Assembly: GCA_965213685.1 (NCBI GenBank) | Contig: CBDBZY010000018.1 | Location: forward strand, 544,001 to 608,000 | Direction of reading: 5' to 3' | Origin: a bacterium | GTDB lineage: Bacteria > UBA8248 | DNA length: 64,000 nt | In this document: one piece after another, positions 36,099 to 48,813 of the stretch | How positions within the stretch are numbered: the stretch's first letter is position 1 | Layout: each line of letters begins with the position of its first letter | Translations under genes and position numbers: made by a program | Notes under the pieces: model-generated | What the model was told of the DNA's origin: nothing | The model's database searches: none | The model's input: the letters and a program-made list of their open reading frames with translations, nothing else

Positions 36099-36639
36099 CC
36101 TTCACAGTTCCTCGGTCGAGAACTGAGCGGTAATCAGCATAGCCCCGTTGCGCATCGTGAACTGGTCCATGTAGGATTCGCCGGGCGTGAGGTGAAGCTT
36201 GCCGGAGTTCTGCACAGCTTTCTAACGGTAATTAAGGGTATGCCTGCGGAAAGGGGGGTTCGTCCGAACCCCCCCGAACCCCCCCTACGTACGGGCCTGG
36301 TATGACGTGCTTGCAGCTGTAGCAAGATTCATCCCTTCTATACTAGCCAGGCTAGTGTACATCTCATGCTAGAGTAGCTGGTGTATTCCAATGCAAAGGT
36401 ACTGAGTATACTTCATCTCGCAGAACATAATGTGGGGGCTTGATTAAAGTTAAGTGCACATAAGTACGCATTTCCCCTCTCACAGAACACATACACCATA
36501 TCTCTCGAAGACTACATCCTCTAAACTACGATATTTATGTGCACTAAGACAAAACACTTAATTTTGACAGTAATCATCAGTAACTATAACTATATAGACA
36601 TGGAATACGTTGGTTATGTACGGTGTCTTTCCAGGCACA

Positions 36640-36870
36640 TTTTGAATTTCCTCTCACCCGGAAGCAAATACTGTAATCACAAGCTGTGCAGTATAGTGCA
36701 TAGCGCACGCTGACGCGGCGCGCCGGCCGGCCCCGACCTCATGTAAGTTAAGTACATGTACGTACGCGTGCGGCTGGGCCCGAGCTCGTGATCATCTAGG
36801 GAAGTAGAAGAGTGAAGGATCGCACCTGAAAGCGTAAACATTGCAAGATTGTGGATAGACTAGGTGAGTT
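36640..36870 (+). promoter_or_regulatory. CpG-rich promoter/first-exon-like segment, paralog of 14080-14290; donor GTGAGT at 36864
   Basis: Homologous CpG cluster, ccggaag motif and conserved donor. Confidence 0.45.
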
Positions 36871-39504
36871 TTTCAGTGTTCGAGGGCTACTTTATGTTGC
36901 TACGTGAAACTGGACCTACTACCGTAGGATGTGGCGCGGCCTGTTGATATATAGTCAGGCCGCGTTGTCTGTCAACACGAGCACTAGTAAGGAGCAGGCC
37001 TGCTGAGCTGTGGTTGTGTCAGGTGTATGTAGTTAGGTGCGTTGTGTTGTTGTCGAGCGCCCAATGGCTCTCACAGCCCTTCTGATGTGACACCACATGT
37101 ACTTGTAGAGTGCAATGTTCAGACACGTACATGTATACATGTAGATGTGAATTCAGTACATGTAGTTCATGTGTAGTACATGTATCAGTGTGCAAGAGTG
37201 ACCAAAGCTGAGCTACGTATATGTATGGGAGATCTGTAAACTTCCAACGTTGTAGTTTTCCCTTGGACAAGCCAGGCCTTCAGGGCTGCCTATGTATTCA
37301 ATAGCTGTGTACATTTAGATGTATATGTAGATACTACTGATGCAGTGGACACACACCATTTCTGTTTCCTTAGCCTCGCAATGGCAGGTTTTGATGTGGT
37401 GTGTTAGTTGACAAAGCTCTGGACATTAGGAGCGTGTGTAGTGGGACACAGGTTGAGGAATAGACCCTTTGCAAAATTTTCATATTCTGAAATACGCCAT
37501 GTATGCCCTAGCATAACCACCACATAACTGCCAATTTTTATTTGGAATAACTCCACATGGCATTGGTAGCTTTATGTTAAGAGGATGGGGAGGAAAAGTG
37601 AGCAACAGTTCTTTTTGAAGACACCATTCTGGCTGACAGAGGATGTGATATTAAAGATACTGTACTTAGCCTGCATGTACATGTACATGTACATGTACAT
37701 GTGTGCTAGTCATGTAGTTTTGGGAGAAAACTGCATTCCAGATGTTTATTCAGAGCCATACTCACTAGGTACTTGCGTATGCGTGTATGCTTTAGTACAC
37801 CAATATGGCAGATAGCAACCATTGCCATGCAGAGCGTATGAACAACTGGACTGGACTGGACTGGACTGGACTGGACTGGACTGGACTGGAATATTCGACT
37901 AACCAATTTAAGAATGCATGCGTATTGAGAGAGTGGTCTGTGGAGAACACTGGAAGACTTGCCATCACAAAATTCCCACTCTGATAACCCTCTGCAGCCT
38001 CATTCTCAGACTTTGCACTTATTCCCAGACTGGGCACAAACACATGCGCTATGAGGAGAGAGTGGTTGTGTATGGTTAAGTACAGGAACTGGCAGGAGGC
38101 CAATATGGTGGCATCGAATCGTAATATATAAATTCCCTTTCAAACATGTCAGCAAATCTTGCTGCCCTGCCCAGTGGTGCTAGCAGATCCTGCACAATAG
38201 TCCGTGCACCTGAGAGCAGGTGCAGTGTGCACATGGTGTCTTGTGGGAGGGAGGGAGAGGGGAGGCATTTGCCCCCTCCTGAAATATGTGTGCCCTCCTT
38301 GGATGAACAGGCTGTGCACAGGTTGTTTACATGCACAATCATCCATTGCTTACTTTCCCTTCAATTCTGTTCAGTCAACTTTGCCTCCCCCCCCCCAAAT
38401 TTGAGATTCATTTTGATATTAATAATGTGGTTTGGTGCATGCTATGTGTTATTCAGGGCTCCAAAGGGGCAGCACAGCACCGGGCTGGCTACATGACCAT
38501 ATACAGTACATACGCTATGAACATGTACAGTACTAGTACAGTGGCTTACAAAATATGGTTTGATATTTAGTAGAGCCTCAATGGCTTACAAGAATAGATA
38601 TCTCCAACAACCTCAGCGGCTCAGAACATTACATCTCTCCCACACCCTCAGCAGCTTAGAAAAATATATTTTAGAACTAACAACCTCAGCCACTTAGAGA
38701 GATATACTGTGTACCAAACCTATATGTACACACAGACATGTGCATGTATGTCTCTGCCTTTGGATTAGAGACTGTTGTGAAATTTCTTTGCTGTTCTCTT
38801 TTGTACTGTTACTTGTAGTGCGCTACGCACTTGCTCGTTCATGTACATGTACTGTATATCCATGTACTCATCTTGTGGTGTATCCATACCTACAGCACCT
38901 CATTCAGAGGGAGAGAGGGAGGGATGGGTATGTATGCATGCATAATACAGGAGCTGTGTGAGGGAGAGGGATATGAGCTCACATATGCATTCAATATGAC
39001 CACCACAGATGCTCAAAACTTCTACAGCTAAATCACAAAAAAGAAACAAAAAATACATTGCAACTACATGTACATGTACATGTCACCCCTGACCGTAGTG
39101 CTAACTGAACCAACAGGGGGAGGGAGAGAGGGAGGGAGAGAGGGAGGGAGAGAGGGAGGGAGGGAGGGAGGGAAGGAGAGAGGGAGGGAGAGAGGGAGGA
39201 GAAAACCCTTCCAAACCTACATGTGAGATCTGGTGTCTCTATAACCCCTGGACCTGCTATTGTTTCACCTGCTGACCACTGCCAGGGCTAGAGCACACCA
39301 TTTGGTCTCTTTCATTAGACCCTTAGCTCAGCGTTGCAGCTACTGTACATACATAATTATAATTATGTCTGTACATGGGCATGTACATGTAGGGGCACAT
39401 GAGGTGGTTTGGGAATACACATGAGTATCCACATGTACCTAGGGGAGTTACATGTGATGGCTCAGTATGTGTAGCACATGTACAGTACATGTACACAGTA
39501 CTGA

Positions 39505-39735
39505 GATAAGAGTTGCCCTGTTTATCAGGGGAGAGATGCCTTTGCCTTTGCATAGCATTTAAAGATTCGGCCTGCCCAGCTGAGCTGCCTTGGTGGATCG
39601 GTTGGTAGAGTGTCTGCCTGGTATGCAGAATGTTGCTGGTTCAAATCCTGCCTGAGGCAGCTCTTCTTTTTCTCTTGAGAAAAAGGGAGTTGTCTTCAGG
39701 CACAGTTGCTTTGCACTGCCTGGTCTCAATGACTG
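39505..39735 (+). mobile_element. SINE-like repeat with internal tRNA-like cassette
   Basis: Same family as 22480-22700. Confidence 0.8.
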
Positions 39736-40735
39736 ATCGTTCAGGTACTACACGTACCCTTCCTTCTCTGCCTCCCTTTCCTCCCTCCCTCTGACCCCTC
39801 CGTCCCTCCCTCTGATCCCTCTCTCACTCAGTCCTTCTGTATTTGTCTCTGTTCAGTTAGCATCACACATGTGCGTGTGCATGTAGTTGCAATGCTTTGT
39901 GTCAAATAGCTATAGAGGATTTGAGTGTCTGAACCTCACAGTGCTGTAGGCTGCTGTGGTGCAGCACTGCTTTTATTGCCATACATGAGCCTGAGTGATT
40001 GTGGTTTCTGAAACCTTACTTATTACATGAATATCCTAGGGAAATCCCCCCATCTCAAAACCTAATGCAGGGATAGATACGGAACAAAGCCACCTCACTG
40101 AGCATCAACCAGTTCCAAACAGCTGTCTGCTGTTTCATTGAGTGTTTGCTGGCTCACCTGATTTCCAGTGGCCTACCACACATAATGTGCATACATGTAT
40201 TGTCCCTGTATGCACCTATAGCTATTTACATGATGAAAAGGCTCAGGAATATTTTAGAAAACTGTGAAAAACTGGCAGCCACCCAGGATTGAACCGACTC
40301 ACTCACTCACTCACCTACTCACCCACTCACTCACTCACTCACCCACTCACTCACTCACCCACTCACCTACTCACATACACACAGGATAACTATGCACACA
40401 CTCATTTCTGCTGCCCACACATTATCCTCTGCATACACATTATCCTCTTGCTTTTGTGTATGTTTTGCATGCTAGAGAGTTTAATGTGTTGTGTACATGT
40501 ACATATTTGCACAGTCATCACACCAGCAGTGAACTACACAGTCGCACACATGCAAGTGTAGTAACAGCATACTGCACTGTCAGTGTAGAGTGTTGTTGCA
40601 AAGCACTACACTAGCATAGTGCAAACCTTTTTGAAGGCTACTGTGCGTACTTGTACATGTGCATGTACACATGTGTGGATGTGCACATGATAAGTACTGC
40701 ACTCACACTACATGTGCATGTCTATATCTCTGCAG

Positions 40736-40858
40736 ATGAGTACCTCAGGGAGGGTGTGTCCTTGTGGTGGCTGCAGGACACAAGGTTCAGGATCCCTCGT
40801 GTCAACATGCACTGTTCCATTGAGTCAGTCAGAGCTGAGAAGAGTCCATGGTGGATGG
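40736..40858 (+). pseudogene. IDE: Insulysin/M16 middle-domain-like exon
   Basis: EGVSLWWLQDTRFRIPRVNMHCSIES resembles insulysin LWFKQDDKF.LPKA; AG/GT boundaries. Confidence 0.6.
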
Positions 40859-41564
40859 GTGTGTATGTACGTGTATTAGATTTCTGCCTTGCTCCTCTCT
40901 TGCCCTCTGCACAGTCACTGTCATCTCCTCTTCACACTGTCACCTCTCACACCATCCCAACCACACACTCTCCACTCCCTCACTCCTCACCTGCCACACC
41001 ATCCCTCTTCCCATGCCCTTCACTCCTCCTCACTCTTCCAGCCCTCACCTTCCCACCCCTCACTCCCTCACTCTTGCTCTCCTCACCTTCCCACTCCTCA
41101 CTCCCTCACTCTTGCTCTCCTCACCTTCCCACCCCTCACTCCTTCACTCCTGCTCTCCTCCCCTTCCCACCCCTCACTCCCTCACTCTCTCTCTCTCCTC
41201 ACCTTCCCACCCCTCACTCCCTCACTCTTGCTCTCCTCACCTTCTCACCCCTCACTCCCTCACTCTCTCTCTCTCCTCACCTTCCCTCCCCTCACTCCCT
41301 CACTCTCCCTCTCCCCACCTTCCCAGGTGCCCATGTCAACTTTCTCTCCTTCCTCCATGCCATCCTCTTCCCAGTCCTCAATTGCCTCATCCTCACAGCT
41401 CTCCCAGTCCACCCTTCAGCCTACCCCTACTCCCAACACTAACCTTACCTCTACCCCCACCTCTACCTCTCCCTCACAGACCTCTCAACCCACCCCTACC
41501 CCTACCCCTACCCCTACCTCTACCCCTACCCCTACCCCTACCCCTACCCCTACCCACTCCACAG

Positions 41565-42150
41565 CTGCAAGCCCATGCTGGATAACTGCACATACCAAGT
41601 CCTAATGCTCAGCAACTCTCTCCGTGTTCTCCTGATCTCTGATCCCAAGTCCAACATATCTGCAGCATCGATGGAAGTGGCTGCTGGATCATTCAGTGAC
41701 CCGCCTGAAGCAGAAGGACTGGCACACTTCTGTGAGCACATGCTCTTTCTGGGAACAAAGAAGTACCCCGATGAGCACGTCTACTCCAACTACCAGTCCA
41801 CTCATGGGGGAGGGGATAATGCCTTCACATCTACGCAGGAGACCAACTACTACTTCAGTGTGAACTCAGACTCCCTGGAGCATGCTCTGGACCTCTTCGC
41901 TCAGTTCTTCATTGCTCCACTGTTCAATGCCTCCTCTGTTCAGGATGAAGTCCATGCAGTGAACTCGGAGCACGAGAAAAACCTTCAATCAGATGGATGG
42001 AAGCTGTGGCAGCTCCTGAAACATGTCTCCAATCCTGAACACCCGTTTCACATGTTCTCCACTGGCACACTCTCAACTCTCAACAGTTCACGTGTTGACC
42101 TTCTGCAACTGCTACACAACTACTACAATTCCAGTTACTCTGCCAACACT
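41565..42150 (+). CDS. IDE: Insulysin (peptidase M16A) N-terminal catalytic domain exon; probably a gene fragment
   Basis: LRVLLISDP, GSFSDP..EGLAHFCEHMLFLGTKKYP (HxxEH), NAFT, TNYYF, AVNSEHEKN, HPF..FSTG; donor gtaagt at 42151; downstream exons not found. Confidence 0.85.
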
Positions 42151-42277
42151 GTAAGTACATGTACATTGTGAATGAATACAGCTTATAGTTACATGACCCT
42201 AATTGGGATGCATGAGCTGCATGGGCGAATGCATCCCAATTAGGGTCATGTATTGTAACTACATGTACATGTATTTT

Positions 42278-42410
42278 GAAACATGTCTCCAATCCTGAAC
42301 ACCCGTTTCACATGTTCTCCACTAGCACACTCTCAACTCTCAACAGCTCACGTGTTGACCTTTTGCAACTGCTACATGACTACTACAACTCCAGTTACTC
42401 TGCCAACACT
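42278..42410 (+). repeat. Duplication of the 3' end of the insulysin exon, without a donor
   Basis: Near-identical to 42017-42150 (KHVSNPEHPFHMFST..YSANT), but gtaagt is replaced by ttaatt. Confidence 0.9.
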
Positions 42411-43868
42411 TTAATTACATTGTATAGACCTGTACGTCTCTTCGTGTACTACCGTGCATGTACATACATGTACATGTACGTGTATATCCACATGCAGTGC
42501 CCAGTGCTTGCACCACATGTCCTGTGTGAGACTACATCTGCTCCATTACCACTGATAGTTATCCCCCAATGAATTTCCATTAATCCCATGCCACTAATAA
42601 CATCAGGTGGTCATGAGACTACACTGCCCACCACACCATACATAACTGCTTTACATAATTTTTGAACTGCTGTTACTGTAGTTGTATGTACATGTACATG
42701 TACATATGCACAGAGAAATGCTCCCTTGTACTGAAGGTGTACATGCAGTATGTTGCTGTGTCGAGTCCTGCCTGAGGCATCTCATTACAATAGCTGTCTT
42801 TAGGTGTAGGTGTTTGCCTTGCTCAGTCTCCATGACTAAGTGTACATGTATGCTGTTAGAGTGTGCATGTATCTCAACTTGAGTGTGATTATAATAACAG
42901 GCACAGTTATACACGTGGCTGGCGGCTAATAGCGAATGCTAATCACACCTACGCTAGTAGGTGTATATAGGGATTGGCCAGGGTCCTCAGCATTAAACCT
43001 ATACATTTGAAATTTGCTATTTTCCCCTTACAATGGAAGCAATCTGACTTTTAGTGTTATCCAAGTTAAGAGCATGCCAAATGTTTAGTGTATCTCAGAA
43101 ATTGTGATATGAGGTGTGTTTTATATTCAAAAAGGCATTTCACAAATTGTCCATGTTCTTCTTCTTCTTCTTCTTCTTCTTCTTCTTCTTCTTCTTCTTC
43201 TTCTTCTTCTTCTTCTTCTTCTTCTTCTTCTTCTTCTTCTTCTTCTTCTTCTTCTTCTTCTTCTTCTTCTTCTCCTTCCGGTTGAAGAAACGAAACTCAA
43301 ACTCGTAGTACCATTAATCATGATATTGCACATATAGGTACATGGCATTGGTGGCTAGTGCATAGGCATAAAATGTTTTTGTTAACCCCTTTACTTCTTG
43401 TGATACTGATGATTATCTCTCTCTTCCTGTACATTATGATGCTACAATACAATGCACAGTAACTGAAAAAGTACAGTGCCATTAAGAATGAGTTTGGTGC
43501 ACTAGAACTAACTCCTAGTAGTGCATATGAGAGACATTAAGTTTATTTGTTAACCCTTTCAGTTCTTGCAATACTGATGATTATCAGTATTTCCATACAT
43601 TATGATGCTGTAACTGAGCGTACTGTAACTCACACAATACAACTAGTGAATATATATGCAACAGTTGCTATGGCAACAATTCATGACTGTGCTTAGAATG
43701 GGCTTGAAAGTTTTATATCAACCCTTTCACTGCTTGCAATATTAATGGTTATCACTTGTTATACATCACAATGGAGGGCAATAACGCGCTTAGATTAATT
43801 AAGCGCGCCGATTATTGCGCGCTTACGTCCTTGGATACGGGCCTGGATGTTGCACATGTGGTTTATAG

Positions 43869-44008
43869 CATAGATATTATTGCTAATGGAACGGGATTGG
43901 AAACAGATGACGTAATGCGGCTAACGTCTGTTACGGGTGTGCGTGTTTTAGACTCCGTGCGCGAGTCCAGTATGTGTACAGCTAACTAAGTTAGCAATAA
44001 TATCTATG
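43869..44008. mobile_element. Small CATAG...CTATG (P-like) MITE
   Basis: catagatattattgctaa/ttagcaataatatctatg; shares ggaacgggattggaaa with 48814-50702; no TSD seen. Confidence 0.65.
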
Positions 44009-47000
44009 TACGTGCATGTCGCGTGGTCTTGGCCGGTCACTGTGGCGCGCGCCGCATACTCACGTCCGCTTGCGCGGCGCTGCGCTGTCGAGGGCGGAGC
44101 CGGGGGCGCCGGGCGAGCTTGACCACCGCGTACCGCGTCCGATGTGTATGTGTTTGATGTATGGCCCTGGCCTTAGCTAAGCGCAGCTAGCGCGACGCGT
44201 GTAGCTGCGTAGCCCCGGCCACAGTCCCAGGTATGGCGCGGCATAGCCTCGTTCCCAGGCGTGGACAGGGCTCTTAGGGGGAGGGGCACTACGTGGAGCT
44301 GCGTGTCTGACGTACTTAATTGCGATAGTGCCAAAAGGCATTTTACCGCAAAGCTACGATAACCGTGCCTTTTGGCACGATTTTCAAGGTATACTTATCT
44401 CGTATATGGAAGCGTGTTTGGCGCTAAAACTTCATTCTCTAAAACTACGCAGTCTAAATGGCTAGTTCGCAGCGTAAGGTACCGCTTCGATTAGCGAAAA
44501 GTCGAAAAAGGGGGCGTGAACTTCGTTATTCGCGAGTGCTGACTCAGCGTCATTGTTCGGGAAGCGGCGCTGTTACTGCGTTTGTGTTGCTATACCAAGC
44601 GCGCCCTAACTTCAGGAAGCTTTAGACACATCGCTATGGCGTTGCTAGAAGTTTCAGAGCTGTTTCATACACGTAGCCACTGCTAAAGCCTAATTGACAT
44701 TACTCAATTGACCGCTTACCGTAGTACGGGAGGCTAATAGATTTAACCATTCCGGATATAAAGGGATATAGGGATAAAAAGGAGTGGAGACAAGACCCAG
44801 ATGCAAAACACACACCATAATGCACTGGGTTTCATGGGAATAGTGATGACATGACGAAAATGCCATGTCCGATTATGCAGTACAAGCCCTATATTGTTGA
44901 GCAGGATTATCAGTTAGGAAATTACACCATTGTACATGTGAAAAAACAACTGACACCCATGAACAGTGCAATGGGAACATGTTCATTTCTATTACACTCA
45001 CACTGTGAAACAACCCGCTGAAGTACATAATGCTTCGAATGTGTTATGAGCTTATGTCAATGCGCTATAAAATAATCAAACTGATCAAGTGAATGTACAC
45101 AAGGATTGTAGATACAATGCCTGTGTAATAAAATATGCATGTATACTGTAGTAGAAGCTTCATTTCCCATAACAGCTTTCTAGATGGCTGCTCAACATGA
45201 CAGTAGTGTCAACATCCTTGCTGAAAGCAGCAAAAAAAAGCAAGGAGACTAGTAAATAAAAAATTCTATGAATTATGGAAAGGGATATAGGGATTGCATA
45301 AAAAGGAATGGAGACAAGACTCGGAAGCAGAGCACATGCTATACTGTAACCAGTTGTCATGGGAACAATGATGAAATGTGGAGTACCTCATACCTGATTA
45401 TGCAAGTGTGCTTGGTACTGCCGATATACATACACTATTACAGTAGCAGGTCACACAATTGAAATGCACTCTTGTTAAACAAGCACAATGAGATATTCAC
45501 CATGCACAAAAGTTGCCCTTGTGGAGTTACCAGTACTATCATTTCAAATTCCTCCATCCAGCAGCATTCTTGTACTGCTGTATGTCATGGTGTGATGAGA
45601 TATTTGTTTGCCCTATATGGCGATCACGCCAGCCTTGACTTACTAGCATGTATCACCTTGTTAAATTGCCTACATCTGGATGTAATCTATGTATGACAGA
45701 CGTCAGAGAGGCTGAGGATGGGGCTCCCGGCTTTAGATGTGAACCGTTACTAGCAACATTATGTGTGGTGTGCTCTTTTTGGGGGGAGTGGTGTTATATG
45801 ACTTTTGGGCTTCTATTCTGTGAGCTGACATCTAGTAATGCACTGGTCAGCCATGGTTGTGCTATGAGGCTGACATTCACCAATATCCATCACCTACATG
45901 TCTCAAAATGTGCTGTAGGCAAAGTCCAGAAGGAGTCCAACCACAGCACACACACATACACAGACAGGATCATGCCATGGATGTTGTTTCATAGAAGAGA
46001 GTGTGGATGCATATTATACACACACTAACAATCAATTCCTGGTATGCATCCCAAGGTACTGTTCTGGAAAAACAATAATAACAACTCTCCACATTACCAC
46101 ATCATTCAGATTCTGTAACTGGGCAAGGGTCAGTGCTACTAAGTGGCTGAGTACTGCATAGATACACACACCCACATGTCCATTCTCACACTCAGTTGAC
46201 ACTTTGATGATGGATGATTAGTGATGATCACATTGATTTTTGTTGATTACATTGTTTTCGGATCGATATCTAGCACAACTTAATTAAGCATTTCTTCTGG
46301 AGCCAATCTCTCGTTCACTTTGACCCTGAAAATCAATGCAGTTTTCACTTTGTGTATTCATGTAGGAGTTACCAGTTACCAGTTATATCCAATTTTCACA
46401 ATACAGCACTCTAATAATCATTATATTGTTGCTTTTTGTGTTCTGCATGCTTATTGTTGTTTACTTGTGTTATCAAGGCTAGTACTACTAGTCCTTCAGT
46501 ACAGATATTTGTGTATCATTCTGTCACTAGCTTTTACTGTTAATGTCTTTAGTTCCTGTACTGTAAAGCTAATAATAATAATAATAATGCCTTAGTAACA
46601 CTAGCTAGCTCCCTACACAAGCCCTGTCAAACGACCAGGCCTAGCCTTTGGCACTTCATGCGACCAAGCACATTAGTCCCCAACCCAGCCGGGGACCCCG
46701 CCATGCTCTACAAAATCATTGAAGAAATGTGAAACTGGTCATCTGCATCACAACCTACAAGCTCGGAAAGTATTATGTTGAAACAGTCAGACACTGCATG
46801 TTGAACACAGTACACCACAAATATATTCACTTCCTGGTTTCCGTTTCCACATTTCCTGTTCCTCTCAACCCAGTCAGTACAGTATGTGGACTCACCATAA
46901 TAATGTGCACTTACGATCCATTGCAAAGCGTGAGTTTATAATATTATATCTAAGTAGTAAGTAATTAAAAAGTGGACCACTGCCTGTTCACAGAATGATG

Positions 47001-48813
47001 CTGAATGATGAAGTGTGAATCCCATTTGCCTAGTCGTAGTTGGTTCACACGCACATGTACTACTAGTAACCTTAGCACAGTCATAGTCAGCCAATAGGCA
47101 GCCCAGGCACCACCATCGGTCTGTCACTGCGCTGTATGGGTAGAGTCGTCCCCTTCAAATCTGGTAGTCTATATATGCATCCTCTCCTGTGCAGCCAATC
47201 TTGGCACTAATGATGCTCCATGTTCCCTCGGAGGTCTGACTTGCAAACTCTTTAACTACTTCCCACCACAATGTGATAACAGAAACATGACCTCCCAGTA
47301 ATAGACTGTTGACTGCATGTGCAGGAGTGGAGAATGCACTTATAGTGCTTAAATATGAATCGCTCGGCAGAGCACTGTAAGCTCCATATAGAACCTTATA
47401 TATCTGATGGTTGGCATTCTAGCCAGTCATTCTGAGACAAGTAAATTTAAAAAAATTGTAAATTGTGGAGGAGCATATAGGGATTGCATGAAAAGGCATG
47501 GAGACAAGACCTGAATGTAGAGTGAATACTAAAATGTGCTGAGTTTCATGGGGACAACAATGACATGACAAGTATGCCATGTCTGATTATGTAATAAAAG
47601 CCCTATATTGTTGAGCTGCCACCTACAAGGGAATTTAAGCTATTAATACAGAAAGAATAATATTATGTAGGTATTACATCTACTGGCACTCTATTAATAC
47701 ATGCATTGACTTGTTTGTCATAAAGTTTAATGGGTTCTTTCAGGGTGTGAGTGCAATAGTTAGGGTTTCATCCAGAAAACTTTATCGGGGGAGAAGTTCA
47801 GTCATTATAATGAAAGGTGGGCATGACCAAACGAAAAGTAGGTGCGGTTTCTATTCTAAATTAGGATATTGTGAGGGGGTGGTTGAAGAATTTGGGGGGG
47901 AAGTTGGAGAGTTAGGGGGGGAAACTTCCCCCCCCCCCCCTCAGTAGATGAAACTCTGGCTGGTCATGTGTCTCTGCTGTTGTTTTACACATACAGACCA
48001 TCTGTATGTGATGCCCCCATACAGCTCTGCTCAACAATATAGGGCTTTTATTATATAATCAGACATGGCATACTTGTCATGTCATTGTTGTCCCCATGAA
48101 ACTCAGCACATTTTAGCATTCACTCTACATTCAGGTCTTGTCTCCATGCCTTTTTGTGCAATCCCTATATGCTCCTCCACAATTTACAATTTTTTAATTT
48201 ACTTGTCTCCTGTCCTTTTTTTGTCTGCTTTCAGCAGAGGTTTATACACAAATTACACCATTTTGGTGAGAAATAAGGAACAATGATGGCCTACTCGGAA
48301 GAATTAAACATGTTTACAGTTCACCACTACTTCCCAATTCCTATTCTTCATGTATATACATGCATGTGTATATATCCTGACTGTGACAAAATGAAACTGA
48401 GTTGATTCTCAGTTTATGGCTAGTTCAGTGTGGCAGAATCTACTGACCTCTATGTCTACTCATAGACACTATAGTATAGTATCTATGGTCTACCCGACGT
48501 TTAAAAATCTAATCAACCGCGACTATTGCCGTCACTGTCTATTAGTGTTTGTAAGCGAGGCTATGCCCAGGACGGGATAAAAGGTCAGCCTATCAGTCGG
48601 CCCGCGGCACTTCCTACCACATCATTTTGTCTAGCCAAAACACGCCCCAAATCACGTACACTCGCGCTTCAAGGGCAAGTGTCCGTGGAACCAGCGAAGC
48701 TAGCTAGTCTCTAGAGCCAGTGAGCCAGGCGCCCAACTTGAGTACATGCCGATATGTGACATACGGTCACCGGCCGTGCCCCACCCCCTAACAGCTTGGG
48801 AACGCGCTACAAC

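Larger units (their letters stand above)
34761..36299. mobile_element. hAT-like non-autonomous element with 5-bp TSD (outer of three nested elements)
   Basis: caagcccgtacgcagg/cctacgtacgggcctg; gtatg on both flanks; empty site catgagcatgaggtgc at about 13825. Confidence 0.8.
31270..40230 (+). repeat. Diverged paralog of the block at about 11948-18490, with different TE insertions
   Basis: Collinear matches: 12000/31430, 12850/33680, 13580/34460, 14130/36710, 15070/37580, 16000/38190, 17690/39850, 18430/40165. Confidence 0.85.

Noticed and set aside
41490-41555. Interstitial telomere-like hexamer repeat
   Set aside because: The unit is CCCTAC rather than CCCTAA; better explained as a Pro-Thr coding or simple repeat.
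43088-43348. Poly-S/F/L/R ORFs; similar poly-G/S ORFs at 54024-54411
   Set aside because: Trinucleotide microsatellites (TTC, CCT).
45400-47400. Transposase or helicase inside the large inverted structure
   Set aside because: Only short ORFs with no recognisable catalytic motifs.
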